NCBI GenBank assembly: GCA_964526035.1
Contig: CAZGKE010000003.1
Span: 3,312 to 54,910 of the forward strand
Direction of reading: 5' to 3'
DNA from: an uncultured Gammaproteobacteria bacterium
GTDB taxonomy: Bacteria > Pseudomonadota > Gammaproteobacteria > Xanthomonadales > BPKI01
DNA length: 51,599 nucleotides
Shown piece after piece: positions 1 through 7,846 of this stretch (its first letter is position 1; each line of letters starts with the position of its first letter). The translations under genes were made by a program, and so were the position numbers. The notes under the pieces were generated by a model, which worked only from the letters and a program-made list of their open reading frames with translations, had not been told where the DNA came from and ran no database searches.

Positions 1-46
1 GAGGGTGGTTGAAAAACGAGAGGCTACGGTTGGGGCCATCCAAGGA

Positions 47-106
47 CCTGGGCCTGGGCCTGGGCCTAGGGCCTAGGGCTTAGGGCTTAGGGCTTAGGGC
101 CTAGGG
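47..106. repeat. Compound microsatellite: (CCTGGG)x3, then six 7-mers (CCTAGGG x2, CTTAGGG x3, CCTAGGG x1)
   Basis: Read directly. 47-64 holds three CCTGGG units and 65-106 holds six C[CT]TAGGG units, head to tail with no spacers. Intergenic, upstream of rpsF. Confidence 0.9.
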
Positions 107-236
107 AACAGCCCGAGAGCGTGCGCCGCAGCCCAAGGAACGGTCGCTTCGGTGCGTCGAGGGCTTCCTGGAAACACTGGAGCCTCTCGATCTGGCCACC
201 CCCAAGCCCCAAGCCCAGGTACAAACCTCCCAACCC

Positions 237-265
237 TTGCGCCGCTCGCACACAGCACCCATAAT
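237..265 (+). promoter_or_regulatory. Candidate sigma70 promoter of the rpsF operon
   Basis: TTGCGC (237-242), 17-nt spacer, CATAAT (260-265). This leaves a ~97-nt leader before the rpsF ATG at 362. Motif match only. Confidence 0.35.
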
Positions 266-361
266 GCCCGGCTCCCTGCACCATGCAGGGCCCTTGCCCC
301 ACCGTTGATCGGGGGGCTGCCGGTCCGGAATTCGCTGGACCCGCATCCACGAGGAAACACC

Positions 362-811
362 ATGCGTCACTATGAGATCGTGTTCATGGTCCATCCGGAC
401 CAGAGCGAGCAGGTGCCCGCGATGATCGAGCGATATCGCGGCATGATCGAAGCCGAGGGCGGCAAGATCCATCGCCTCGAGGACTGGGGTCGGCGTCAGC
501 TGGCCTATCCGATCGAGCATCTTGCCAAGGCCCACTACGTGCTGCTCAACGTCGAGTGCGGCCAGTCCGTGCTGGATGAGCTTGTATCGGGCTTCCGCTT
601 CAACGATGCCGTGCTGCGCCATCTGGTGATCAAGCGCGACGCGCCGGACACCGAGCCCTCCTTCATCGCCAGGAACAAGGAAGAGAAGGACGGCAGGGAC
701 GGGCGTGATCGCCCGCGCAGCCGTCGCGACGACGACGACGTCGATGTCGAAATCGATGACGACGACGAGGACGCGCCGGACGAGAAGTCTGCCGAGTCCG
801 TAGAAGCCTGA
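362..811 (+). CDS. rpsF: 30S ribosomal protein S6 with a long Arg/Asp/Glu-rich C-terminal tail
   Basis: [25 protein letters not shown]... is a canonical S6 N-terminus. The ATG at 362 was checked in the sequence. The track ORF 152..811 has a spurious 70-aa extension. Confidence 0.95.
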   Translation: MRHYEIVFMVHPDQSEQVPAMIERYRGMIEAEGGKIHRLEDWGRRQLAYPIEHLAKAHYVLLNVECGQSVLDELVSGFRFNDAVLRHLVIKRDAPDTEPSFIARNKEEKDGRDGRDRPRSRRDDDDVDVEIDDDDEDAPDEKSAESVEA

Positions 812-831
812 GCGCATAGAGGAACCGACCC

Positions 832-1056
832 ATGAGCAAGTTTTTTCGTCGCCGCAAGTTCTGCCGTTTCACCGCCGAGGACACCGTCGAGATCGACTAC
901 AAGGATCTCAACACGCTGCGCCAGTACCTCACCGAGACCGGCAAGATCGTGCCCAGCCGCATCACCGGTACCAAGGCGCGCTACCAGCGCCAGCTGGCCA
1001 CTGCGATCAAGCGTGCGCGCTTCCTGGCGCTGATCCCGTACTGCGACAACCATTGA
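832..1056 (+). CDS. rpsR: 30S ribosomal protein S18
   Basis: [16 protein letters not shown]...[32 protein letters not shown] is canonical S18. It starts 20 nt after rpsF. Confidence 0.97.
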   Translation: MSKFFRRRKFCRFTAEDTVEIDYKDLNTLRQYLTETGKIVPSRITGTKARYQRQLATAIKRARFLALIPYCDNH

Positions 1057-1064
1057 TGTGTCAT

Positions 1065-1097
1065 CAGGCCCGCTGCGTCGGGCCTGTGAAATTTTCG
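1065..1097 (+). terminator. Hairpin plus T-rich tail between rpsR and rplI (possible attenuator or partial terminator)
   Basis: CAGGCCCG (1065-1072), loop CTGCGT, CGGGCCTG (1079-1086), then TGAAATTTTCG. Confidence 0.35.
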
Positions 1098-1161
1098 TCC
1101 GTCCGATCGGACAGCCACACGTTGCGCCGGCACACCCGGCGCTAACGATCCGGAGACCCCC

Positions 1162-1614
1162 ATGGAATTGATCCTGCTTCAGAAAGTCCACAAGCTCGGA
1201 AACCTCGGCGACCGCGTCAACGTCAAGCCGGGCTACGGGCGCAACTACCTGGTGCCCCAGGGCAAGGCTGTACCCGCCACCGCCGCCAACCTCGAGGATT
1301 TCGAGAAGCGCCGCGCCGAGTTTGAGGCCAAGGCCAAAGAGCTCCTGTCCGGTGCTGAAGGTCGCCAGGCCGCGCTGGAAGGCGCTCACGTCACGATCTC
1401 CGCCAATGCCAGCACCGAGGGCAAGCTGTATGGCTCGGTCGGCCCACGCGAGATCGCCGACGCCCTGACTGCCATCGGCAAGCCGGTCGACAAGGCCGAA
1501 GTGCTGATGGGCGAGCTGGTCGCCATCCGCCAGATCGGCGAGTTCGAAGTCGAGATCGCGCTGCACGCCGACATCCACAGCAAGGTCAAGGTGACGGTGG
1601 TCGCGGAAAAGTAG
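1162..1614 (+). CDS. rplI: 50S ribosomal protein L9
   Basis: [37 protein letters not shown] is a canonical L9 N-terminal domain. Confidence 0.95.
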   Translation: MELILLQKVHKLGNLGDRVNVKPGYGRNYLVPQGKAVPATAANLEDFEKRRAEFEAKAKELLSGAEGRQAALEGAHVTISANASTEGKLYGSVGPREIADALTAIGKPVDKAEVLMGELVAIRQIGEFEVEIALHADIHSKVKVTVVAEK

Positions 1615-1643
1615 GCGTTCGCTTCCGCGAGCTGCCGATGCAG

Positions 1644-1671
1644 AGGGCGCCGCGAGGCGCCCTTTGTGTTT
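1644..1671 (+). terminator. Rho-independent terminator of the rpsF-rpsR-rplI operon
   Basis: AGGGCGCC (1644-1651), loop GCGA, GGCGCCCT (1656-1663), then TTGTGTTT. It starts 30 nt after the rplI stop. Confidence 0.6.
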
Positions 1672-1677
1672 GGGTCA

Positions 1678-1826
1678 GTTCCAGTAGCCAGTTCCAATTG
1701 TCAGAACAGCCGGCAAGCGAGGCGGCCGTATAGCAAAGGGTCGCTACCGCGAATCGCTGAGCAGCGGAAGGCAAGCTGCGTTCGGTCTGCTGATCTTTTC
1801 CGGCATCTGGAACTGGCTACTGGAGC
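1678..1826. repeat. Pair of 19-nt inverted repeats (18/19 complementary) flanking a 111-nt spacer
   Basis: GTTCCAGTAGCCAGTTCCA at 1678-1696. Its reverse complement with one mismatch, TGGAACTGGCTACTGGAGC, is at 1808-1826. Lies in the rplI-dnaB intergenic region. Confidence 0.8.
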
Positions 1827-1834
1827 TTTGCTCC

Positions 1835-1850
1835 TGGAGCCATGGCTCCA
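1835..1850. repeat. Perfect 16-nt palindrome TGGAGCCATGGCTCCA
   Basis: Read directly. It is preceded by the hairpin GGAGC-TTT-GCTCC (1822-1834), so TGGAGC/GCTCCA words cluster at 1821-1850. Confidence 0.85.
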
Positions 1851-1899
1851 CCCCGTCTCACCCCCTGCGACACCCCGCCCGCAAGAATCCATCCACCGC

Positions 1900-1908
1900 T
1901 TATCCACA
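1900..1908 (+). promoter_or_regulatory. Consensus DnaA box TTATCCACA upstream of dnaB
   Basis: Exact 9-mer TTATCCACA at 1900-1908, 88 nt upstream of the dnaB ATG. Sequence match only; occupancy is unknown. Confidence 0.4.
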
Positions 1909-1995
1909 GGCAGCGCACAGAACTGTCTGCAACGGTCGGGCGCGATGCGGGCGTATGATCGCCGACCGCGCCTGCACCCTCCCAGAGAACTTTCG

Positions 1996-3393
1996 ATGAG
2001 TCCACAGCCAGGCCTTCGCCCCGACGCCGACGCTCCAGAGATCCATACCCTTCGCATACCGCCGCATTCGGTCGAGGCGGAGCAGTCGGTGTTGGGCGGA
2101 CTGATGCTGTCGGCGGAAGCCTGGGACGATGTCGCCGATCTGATCGACGAGGATGATTTCTATCGTCGTGACCACCGTCTGATCTTCGCCGCGATCCGCG
2201 AACTGGCGCGGCGCGGCGAACCCTGCGATGCGGTGACCCTGGTCGATCAGCTGACCGACAAGGGCGGCATCGACGAAGTGGGCGGTGCCGCCTACATGAT
2301 CCAGCTCGCCAACAACACGCCGAGCGCAGCCAACATCACCGCCTATGCGCGGATCGTGCGCGAGAAGGCGGTGCTGCGCTACCTGATCCACACCGGCACC
2401 AAGCTGGTCAATGACGGTTTCCAGCCGGAGGGACGCACCACGTCCGAGATCCTCGAGGAAGCCGAGCAGGCGGTCTACCGCATCGCCGAGGAGGGTGCTC
2501 GCGGACGCAAGGGATTCACCGACATGAAGGCGGCCGTCGGTGAGGCGTTCCGACTGCTGCAGGAGCGCTACGAAGCCGGCGGCAACATCACCGGCATTCC
2601 CACCGGCTTCACCGACCTCGATCATCGTACCGCCGGCCTGCAGCCCGGTGACCTGATCATCCTTGCCGCGCGTCCGGCAATGGGCAAGACCTCGCTGGCG
2701 TTGAACATCGCCGAGTACGCCGCGCTGCGCACCGACAAGGCGGTGGCGGTGTTCAGCATGGAGATGTCGGCCTCGCAGCTGGCGTTCCGCCTGATCTCGT
2801 CGCTGGGCCGCATCGACCAGACCCACCTGCGCACCGGCCAGCTCGAAGACGAGGAGTGGCCGCGGGTGACCTCGGCGATCAAGCTGCTGTCCACCGCGCC
2901 GATCTTCATCGACGACACGCCCGGTCTGTCGCCTGGCGAGCTGCGCGCGCGTGCGCGGCGACTGAAGTCGCGGCACGATCTCGGGCTGATCGTCATCGAT
3001 TACCTGCAGCTGATGCAGGTGCCCGGAACCCGCGAGAATCGCGCCACCGAGATGTCAGAGATCTCGCGCAGCATGAAGGCCCTCGCCAAGGAGCTGAACG
3101 TGCCGGTGATCGCCTTGTCGCAGTTGAACCGCCAGCTGGAAAGCCGCACCGACAAGCGTCCGGTGATGGCCGACCTGCGCGAGTCCGGCGCCATCGAGCA
3201 GGACGCCGACCTGATCGTGTTCATCTATCGCGACGAGTACTACCACGACGATTCGCCGGACAAGGGACTCGCCGAGGTGATCATCGGCAAGCATCGAAAC
3301 GGCCCGACCGGCACCGTCAAGCTGACCTTCCTCGGCCAGTACACGCGTTTCGAGAACCACACCAACGAGAGCTACTCCGGGCACTTCGAGTGA
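1996..3393 (+). CDS. dnaB: Replicative DNA helicase DnaB
   Basis: PPHSVEAEQSVLGGLM..., Walker A ARPAMGKTS, DYLQLM and RESGAIEQDADLI motifs. The ATG at 1996 was checked. The track ORF starting at 1666 is an upstream extension. Confidence 0.95.
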   Translation: MSPQPGLRPDADAPEIHTLRIPPHSVEAEQSVLGGLMLSAEAWDDVADLIDEDDFYRRDHRLIFAAIRELARRGEPCDAVTLVDQLTDKGGIDEVGGAAYMIQLANNTPSAANITAYARIVREKAVLRYLIHTGTKLVNDGFQPEGRTTSEILEEAEQAVYRIAEEGARGRKGFTDMKAAVGEAFRLLQERYEAGGNITGIPTGFTDLDHRTAGLQPGDLIILAARPAMGKTSLALNIAEYAALRTDKAVAVFSMEMSASQLAFRLISSLGRIDQTHLRTGQLEDEEWPRVTSAIKLLSTAPIFIDDTPGLSPGELRARARRLKSRHDLGLIVIDYLQLMQVPGTRENRATEMSEISRSMKALAKELNVPVIALSQLNRQLESRTDKRPVMADLRESGAIEQDADLIVFIYRDEYYHDDSPDKGLAEVIIGKHRNGPTGTVKLTFLGQYTRFENHTNESYSGHFE

Positions 3394-4484
3394 GCCGCGG
3401 CACCGAGGCCATCGTCCACCTGCAGGCGCTGCGTCACAACCTCGGCGTGGTGCGTCGGATGGCGCCCGAGTCGAAGCTGATGGCGGTGGTCAAGGCCGAC
3501 GGCTATGGCCATGGCCTGGAGCGCGTCGCGCGCGTTCTCGCCGAGGGCGCCGACGCTTTCGGGGTGGCCTATACCGAGGATGCCCGGCGACTGCGTGAGA
3601 TCGGCCTGGCGCAGCGCATCGTGCTGCTGTCCGGCGTGATCGATGCCACCGACCTCGCCGAAGTGCGCAGGCTCGATGCCGAGATCGTGGTGCACGACCT
3701 GCGCCAGGTGGAGCTGCTGGAAGCCGAGGGTGGATCGCGGCCACTGAAGGTATGGCTGAAGATCGACACCGGCATGCACCGGCTTGGCTTCGCCCCGGCG
3801 GATGCGGCCGAAGTCTTTGCGCGCCTGCGCGCGCTGCCCAATGTCGATCCCGACATGGTGCTGATGACGCATTTCGCCAACTCCGATGTCGTCGATGACC
3901 CGCAGACGCGTGTGCAGCAGGCGCTGTTCGAGTCCACCGTGGCCGCACTGCCCGGCGCCCGTTCCCTGGCCAATTCCGCGGCCGTGCTCGGCTGGCCCGA
4001 AAGTCGCGCCGACTGGGTGCGTGCGGGCGGATTGCTGTACGGGATTTCGGTGATCGAAGGGCGCAGCGGCAGCGACCTCGGTCTGCAGCCCGCCATGACG
4101 CTGCGCAGCCGTCTGCTGGCGGTGAAGCGCATCGCCGCCGGCGAGCGTATCGGCTATGGCGGCGACTTCACCTGTCCCGAGGACATGCCGGTGGGCGTCG
4201 TCGCCATCGGCTACGGCGACGGCTATCCGCGCCATGCGCGCGGCATGACGCCGGTGCTGGTCAATGGCAAGCCGACCGGCATCATCGGACGCGTGTCCAT
4301 GGATCTGGTGACCGTCGACCTGCGCGGACAGCCCGATGCCGGTGTCGGCGACCCGGTGCTGCTGTGGGGCCGCGGCCTGCCGGTGGAGACCGTGGCGACG
4401 CACGCAGGCACCATCGGCTATGAGCTCACCTGCGGCATGACCCGACGCGTGCGCTTCGTCGAGGACGATCAGCCGTTGGCCTGA
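3390..4484 (+). CDS. alr: Alanine racemase
   Basis: VSRGTEAIVHLQALRHNL...AVVKADGYGHG carries the PLP-lysine motif. The GTG at 3390 overlaps the dnaB stop (GTGA). The track ORF 2856..4484 is an out-of-frame read-through of dnaB. Confidence 0.9.
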   Translation: MSRGTEAIVHLQALRHNLGVVRRMAPESKLMAVVKADGYGHGLERVARVLAEGADAFGVAYTEDARRLREIGLAQRIVLLSGVIDATDLAEVRRLDAEIVVHDLRQVELLEAEGGSRPLKVWLKIDTGMHRLGFAPADAAEVFARLRALPNVDPDMVLMTHFANSDVVDDPQTRVQQALFESTVAALPGARSLANSAAVLGWPESRADWVRAGGLLYGISVIEGRSGSDLGLQPAMTLRSRLLAVKRIAAGERIGYGGDFTCPEDMPVGVVAIGYGDGYPRHARGMTPVLVNGKPTGIIGRVSMDLVTVDLRGQPDAGVGDPVLLWGRGLPVETVATHAGTIGYELTCGMTRRVRFVEDDQPLA

Positions 4485-4597
4485 AGGTCTTCCTTCGCGG
4501 CAGGCAGTGCCCCATGCGGTGTTGACCTGTCAGCCGCTCACGCCGCGTCTGCCCGCATGGTCTAGGATGGTGATGTTTCTCACCCTGGAGACCCGCC

Positions 4598-5164
4598 ATG
4601 TCGCGCATCCCGTTGGTGCTGACCGTCTTGTTCGTGCTGCTGTCCTCGTCGGTGTCCGCGCGCGAGCTGGCGGTCGCGCGCAACGAGTTGGTGACGGTCG
4701 AGGTGAGCGGCGTCGGCGTCGATCCGCTGGCGGGTGCGCCCGCCGTGCTGTTGCGCGATCCCGATTCCGACCAGGCGGTGCCGATCTACATTGGACTGAT
4801 CGAAGCCGAGGCGGTCGACCGGGCGTTGCGCCGCGTTCGCCCGCCGCGCCCGCTTACACACGAACTGATGGCCGACCTGCTGGTGGCGACCGGTGCCGTG
4901 CTCGAGCGCCTGATCATCGATGATCTTCGCGACGGCACGTACTACGCGGCGCTGGAGCTGCGGCTGCGCGATCGCGACGGCACCGTGCTGCTCGACACCC
5001 GACCGAGCGACGGCATGAACCTGGCGCTGCGCAACGCCGCCCCGATCCTGGTGTCGCGCAAGGTGCTGCGTGCGCAGGAGGAGATCGAAAGCCCGAGCGG
5101 TAGCGGACCGGAAGTGCTGACGCGGCGGGGAGCGGAGGTGGCGCCGCCGGTGGTGGTTCCGTAG
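4598..5164 (+). CDS. Bifunctional nuclease (DUF151/BFN) family protein with a predicted N-terminal signal peptide
   Basis: The core VPIYIGLIEAEAVDRAL...RPLTHELM..DG.YYA...SDG..LALR is typical of DUF151. The N-terminus MSRIPLVLTVLFVLLSSSVSARE looks like a Sec signal. Confidence 0.7.
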   Translation: MSRIPLVLTVLFVLLSSSVSARELAVARNELVTVEVSGVGVDPLAGAPAVLLRDPDSDQAVPIYIGLIEAEAVDRALRRVRPPRPLTHELMADLLVATGAVLERLIIDDLRDGTYYAALELRLRDRDGTVLLDTRPSDGMNLALRNAAPILVSRKVLRAQEEIESPSGSGPEVLTRRGAEVAPPVVVP

Positions 5165-5208
5165 GGAGCAGTGTTTGGGGGTGGGGTGCGTTTCTTGCCG
5201 GGCACTTT

Positions 5209-5272
5209 TCGCGGTTTTCGCCGCTCCCACACGGGGTCCCGGGGCTTGGGGCAGGAGCGGCGAAAGCCGCGA
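5209..5272. terminator. Long stem-loop between convergent genes (possible bidirectional terminator)
   Basis: TCGCGGTTTTCGCCGCTCC (5209-5227) pairs with GGAGCGGCGAAAGCCGCGA (5254-5272), 18/19 plus one G-U, with a 26-nt loop. No clear U-tract. Confidence 0.3.
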
Positions 5273-7687
5273 TCAGGGTCTCGGGCGGAGCGTCTGCTGT
5301 TCCAGCACGGAAGCAGTCATCCGTGGCGGACGTGAGAGGGTGAAGCTCACGCGGTCGAACGCACCGCTGTCGTCGACCGCCACCAGAGTTCGATCGCCGT
5401 AGCCCGCCAGCGGCAAACGAAGCACCGCGCCGTCGCGCGTGCTGCCCACCACGCGATCGTCCAGCAACCACAGCACCTCGCCCTGTGAACCCAGCGCGCG
5501 CAAGTCGATCTCGGTGCGGTCGCGTGCGCCATCCATGCTGATCAGCACGGCACCGTCGACCACGCCATCAATACGCAGGTCGCGCGGCGTTCCGTGTTCC
5601 TCGCATCCCGGCATCAGCGCGGGAGGCTGCGACTGGCGCCGCAGATCCCGTCCCAGCCAGGGTCCCAATCGCGTCGGCCAGCGCGCCACGCTTTCCACCA
5701 CCAGTGGGTTGTCGCTGCAGTCGTGACGTGCGCGCAATCCGCTGTCGCGCTCGCGCAGCCAGGTGTCGATACCTGCTGTCCACTGGCGCGCATCCCGTTC
5801 CGGCAGGGTTGGCGGCACGCGGCCGTCCAGCGTCCAGGCGTCGCGCCTGCGATGGCAGTGTTCGCTCTGGGTCTGCGCCTCGGAAAGCCCAAGCGGCCAG
5901 CAGACGGTTTCGGTGCGCACGCTGTCCGGTATCGGCAGCTGGCTGCGCAGACGCAGCGCACGCGGCAGGCCGTCGAACAGCTGGAACAGCAGGGGCAGGG
6001 CGGTGACCGCGCCGTAGTGACCTGGAACCGCGGTGCCATCGGGACGGCCAATCCACACCCCGACTGTGACTTCGGTGCCGGTGCCGATGGCCCAGGCATC
6101 GCGAAAGCCGTAGCTGGTGCCGGTCTTCCATGCGATCGGCGCGCGGCTGCTTGCGTCGAGGTAGCCCACGCCGTCGCCGGGCCGACCATGATCGGCGAGC
6201 ATGCGCCAGACGATCCACGCCGCGCCTTCGCTCATCATCCGTCGCGGCGCCGCATACGTTCCATCGGCAAACAGCTGCACCGGCTGCGTTCTGCCGCCGC
6301 GCGCCAGCGCCGCGTAAGCCGCCACCAGATCCTCGAGCCGCGCGCTGCCGCCGCCCAGGACCAGGGAAAGGTTGGGCCGCGCGCCGCGCGGCATGCGCAG
6401 CGTCAGGCCGCCGTGCGCGAGGCGGGCGACGAAGCGTTCCGGCGTCACCCGATCGAGCAGGTCCACGGCCGGCACGTTGAGCGACAGTCGCAGCGCCTCG
6501 GCTGCACTCACCGGTCCATTGAAGCGCTCATCGAAATTGCCGGGCCGGTAGCCGCGGAAGTTCTGCGGTGCGTCGACCAGCAGGCTCTCGGAATGAATCA
6601 ATCCCTGGTCGAGCGCCAGGCCGTAGAGCAACGGTTTCAGCGTCGACCCCGGTGAGCGCCACGCGTCGATCATGTCGACATGGCCAGCGCGCTCGCCGTC
6701 CCCGAAGCGCGCGGTGCCCACATAGGCGAGCGCCTGCATGGTGGCGTTGTCCACGACCAGCACGGCGACCGAACTGCGTTCCGGCAGCCGCGCCAGATAA
6801 CCGCCGACGCGTGCCTCGATCTGTCGCTGCAGATTGACGTCGATGCTGCTGCGGATTCGACTGCCACCGCTGCCGCGCAGGCGCTCGGCCAGCAGGGGCG
6901 CGATCATCGGCGAAGCGAGTCGGCGCGCGATGACCGGTTCGATCAGCGCGTCGGCCACGCTGTCGGCATCCCACACGCCGAGATCCGCCATGCGCTTGAG
7001 CACCTTGTCGCGGGCGGCGCGGGCGCGCTCGGGATGGCGGTCGGGACGCAGACGGCTGGGCGCTTGCGGCAGTACCGCAAGAAGGGCGGCCTCAGCGTGG
7101 CTGAGTTCGGCCGACGGCTTGCCGAGCCACGCCCAGCTTGCCGCCTCCACCCCCTCGATCGGTCCGCCGAACGGCGCACGGTTGAGATAGAGATCAAGAA
7201 TTGCCGTCTTCTCGAGATGCCACTCCAGCTGCAGCGCGCGCAGCGCCTCGCGCACCTTGCCCGGCAGATTGCGCGGTCGCGGTTCAAGCAGTCGCGCCAC
7301 CTGCATGGTCAGCGTCGAGCCACCGGAAACCACACGCCCGGCACGCAGGTTCTGCCACGCCGCGCGGGCGATGGCCAGCGGGTTGACGCCTGGGTGACTG
7401 CGGAACCTGCGGTCCTCATAGGCGAGCAACGCCTCGAGGTACAGCGGTGAAACTTCATTGGCGGAGACCGGATAACGCCACACGCCCTGGCCGTCGGCAA
7501 AGGCGCGAAGCGGCGTGCCGTCGCGGGCCAGCACCATGACGGCGGCGCCGTCCTCGGCGGGAATGGCCGGAGGATTCCAGCGGTCGAGCGCCCACAGCGC
7601 AGCGAGGATGATCGCCGTGGTGGCGGTCAGTTGCGCTGATCGGTGGAGGAAGGAAGTGCGGTTCATGGTTGGGCGGATGTCTGCCAT
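5273..7687 (-). CDS. pbpC: Penicillin-binding protein 1C (glycosyltransferase plus transpeptidase-like domain)
   Basis: GT51 motifs (EDRRF, GGSTLTMQ, RKxxE-like, LYLNRAPFG). The transpeptidase region has SPGSTLKP and KTGTS. Located downstream of an alpha-2-macroglobulin gene, as in E. coli. Confidence 0.9.
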   Translation of the reverse strand: MADIRPTMNRTSFLHRSAQLTATTAIILAALWALDRWNPPAIPAEDGAAVMVLARDGTPLRAFADGQGVWRYPVSANEVSPLYLEALLAYEDRRFRSHPGVNPLAIARAAWQNLRAGRVVSGGSTLTMQVARLLEPRPRNLPGKVREALRALQLEWHLEKTAILDLYLNRAPFGGPIEGVEAASWAWLGKPSAELSHAEAALLAVLPQAPSRLRPDRHPERARAARDKVLKRMADLGVWDADSVADALIEPVIARRLASPMIAPLLAERLRGSGGSRIRSSIDVNLQRQIEARVGGYLARLPERSSVAVLVVDNATMQALAYVGTARFGDGERAGHVDMIDAWRSPGSTLKPLLYGLALDQGLIHSESLLVDAPQNFRGYRPGNFDERFNGPVSAAEALRLSLNVPAVDLLDRVTPERFVARLAHGGLTLRMPRGARPNLSLVLGGGSARLEDLVAAYAALARGGRTQPVQLFADGTYAAPRRMMSEGAAWIVWRMLADHGRPGDGVGYLDASSRAPIAWKTGTSYGFRDAWAIGTGTEVTVGVWIGRPDGTAVPGHYGAVTALPLLFQLFDGLPRALRLRSQLPIPDSVRTETVCWPLGLSEAQTQSEHCHRRRDAWTLDGRVPPTLPERDARQWTAGIDTWLRERDSGLRARHDCSDNPLVVESVARWPTRLGPWLGRDLRRQSQPPALMPGCEEHGTPRDLRIDGVVDGAVLISMDGARDRTEIDLRALGSQGEVLWLLDDRVVGSTRDGAVLRLPLAGYGDRTLVAVDDSGAFDRVSFTLSRPPRMTASVLEQQTLRPRP

Positions 7688-7846
7688 TCGGCGGGGTTGG
7701 TGATGTCATCCATGTCGCAGCTTCGTTTGCCTCCCGGCGGCCGAATCACTCGTTTTGGTAGGTCGGCATCCCATGCCGACGTCTCTTGAAACGTCCACCT
7801 GTCGGCGGAGGATGTTTGTGTCATCCCCCGCCGCAGGCCGACATTC

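Noticed and set aside
79-99. Telomere-like (C)TTAGGG repeats as evidence for a linear replicon end or eukaryotic contamination.
   Set aside because: There are only three CTTAGGG units, embedded in CCTAGGG/CCTGGG variants. The flanks are ordinary bacterial genes (rpsF operon) with uniform high G+C. The unit is a 7-mer rather than TTAGGG. It is better explained as slippage of a local intergenic motif.
811-832. Absence of priB between rpsF and rpsR as an anomaly.
   Set aside because: The rpsF-priB-rpsR arrangement is restricted to some lineages. Direct rpsF-rpsR adjacency is normal in many gammaproteobacteria, so I do not consider it unusual.
535-1578. 347-aa minus-strand ORF antisense to rpsF-rpsR-rplI, as one example of a class. 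Similar long ORFs are 1900..2976 (-), 3372..4403 (-), 5594..6655 (+), 8570..9352 (+), 11150..12751 (+), 11310..12845 (-), 12706..14277 (-), 14359..15348 (-), 15993..17312 (-), 17873..19186 (-), 19271..20470 (-), 20092..23277 (-), 23654..25369 (-), 25670..26599 (-), 27414..28988 (+), 27878..29263 (+), 31048..32415 (+), 33809..34846 (+), 35771..36715 (-), 36734..37945 (-), 38533..39435 (-), 39119..40633 (-), 41788..42939 (-), 43531..44397 (-), 44400..45059 (-) and 45238..45930 (-).
   Set aside because: All overlap confidently recognised genes in antisense or alternative frames. They translate to Arg/Ala/Gly/Pro/His-rich low-complexity sequence with no recognisable motifs. Stop-poor alternative frames are expected at this G+C content.
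4511-4559. 8-bp inverted repeat CCATGCGG ... CCGCATGG after alr as a terminator or riboswitch-like element.
   Set aside because: The stem is short with a 33-nt loop and no U-tract. It has no similarity to any RNA family I recognise and is indistinguishable from chance GC-rich complementarity.
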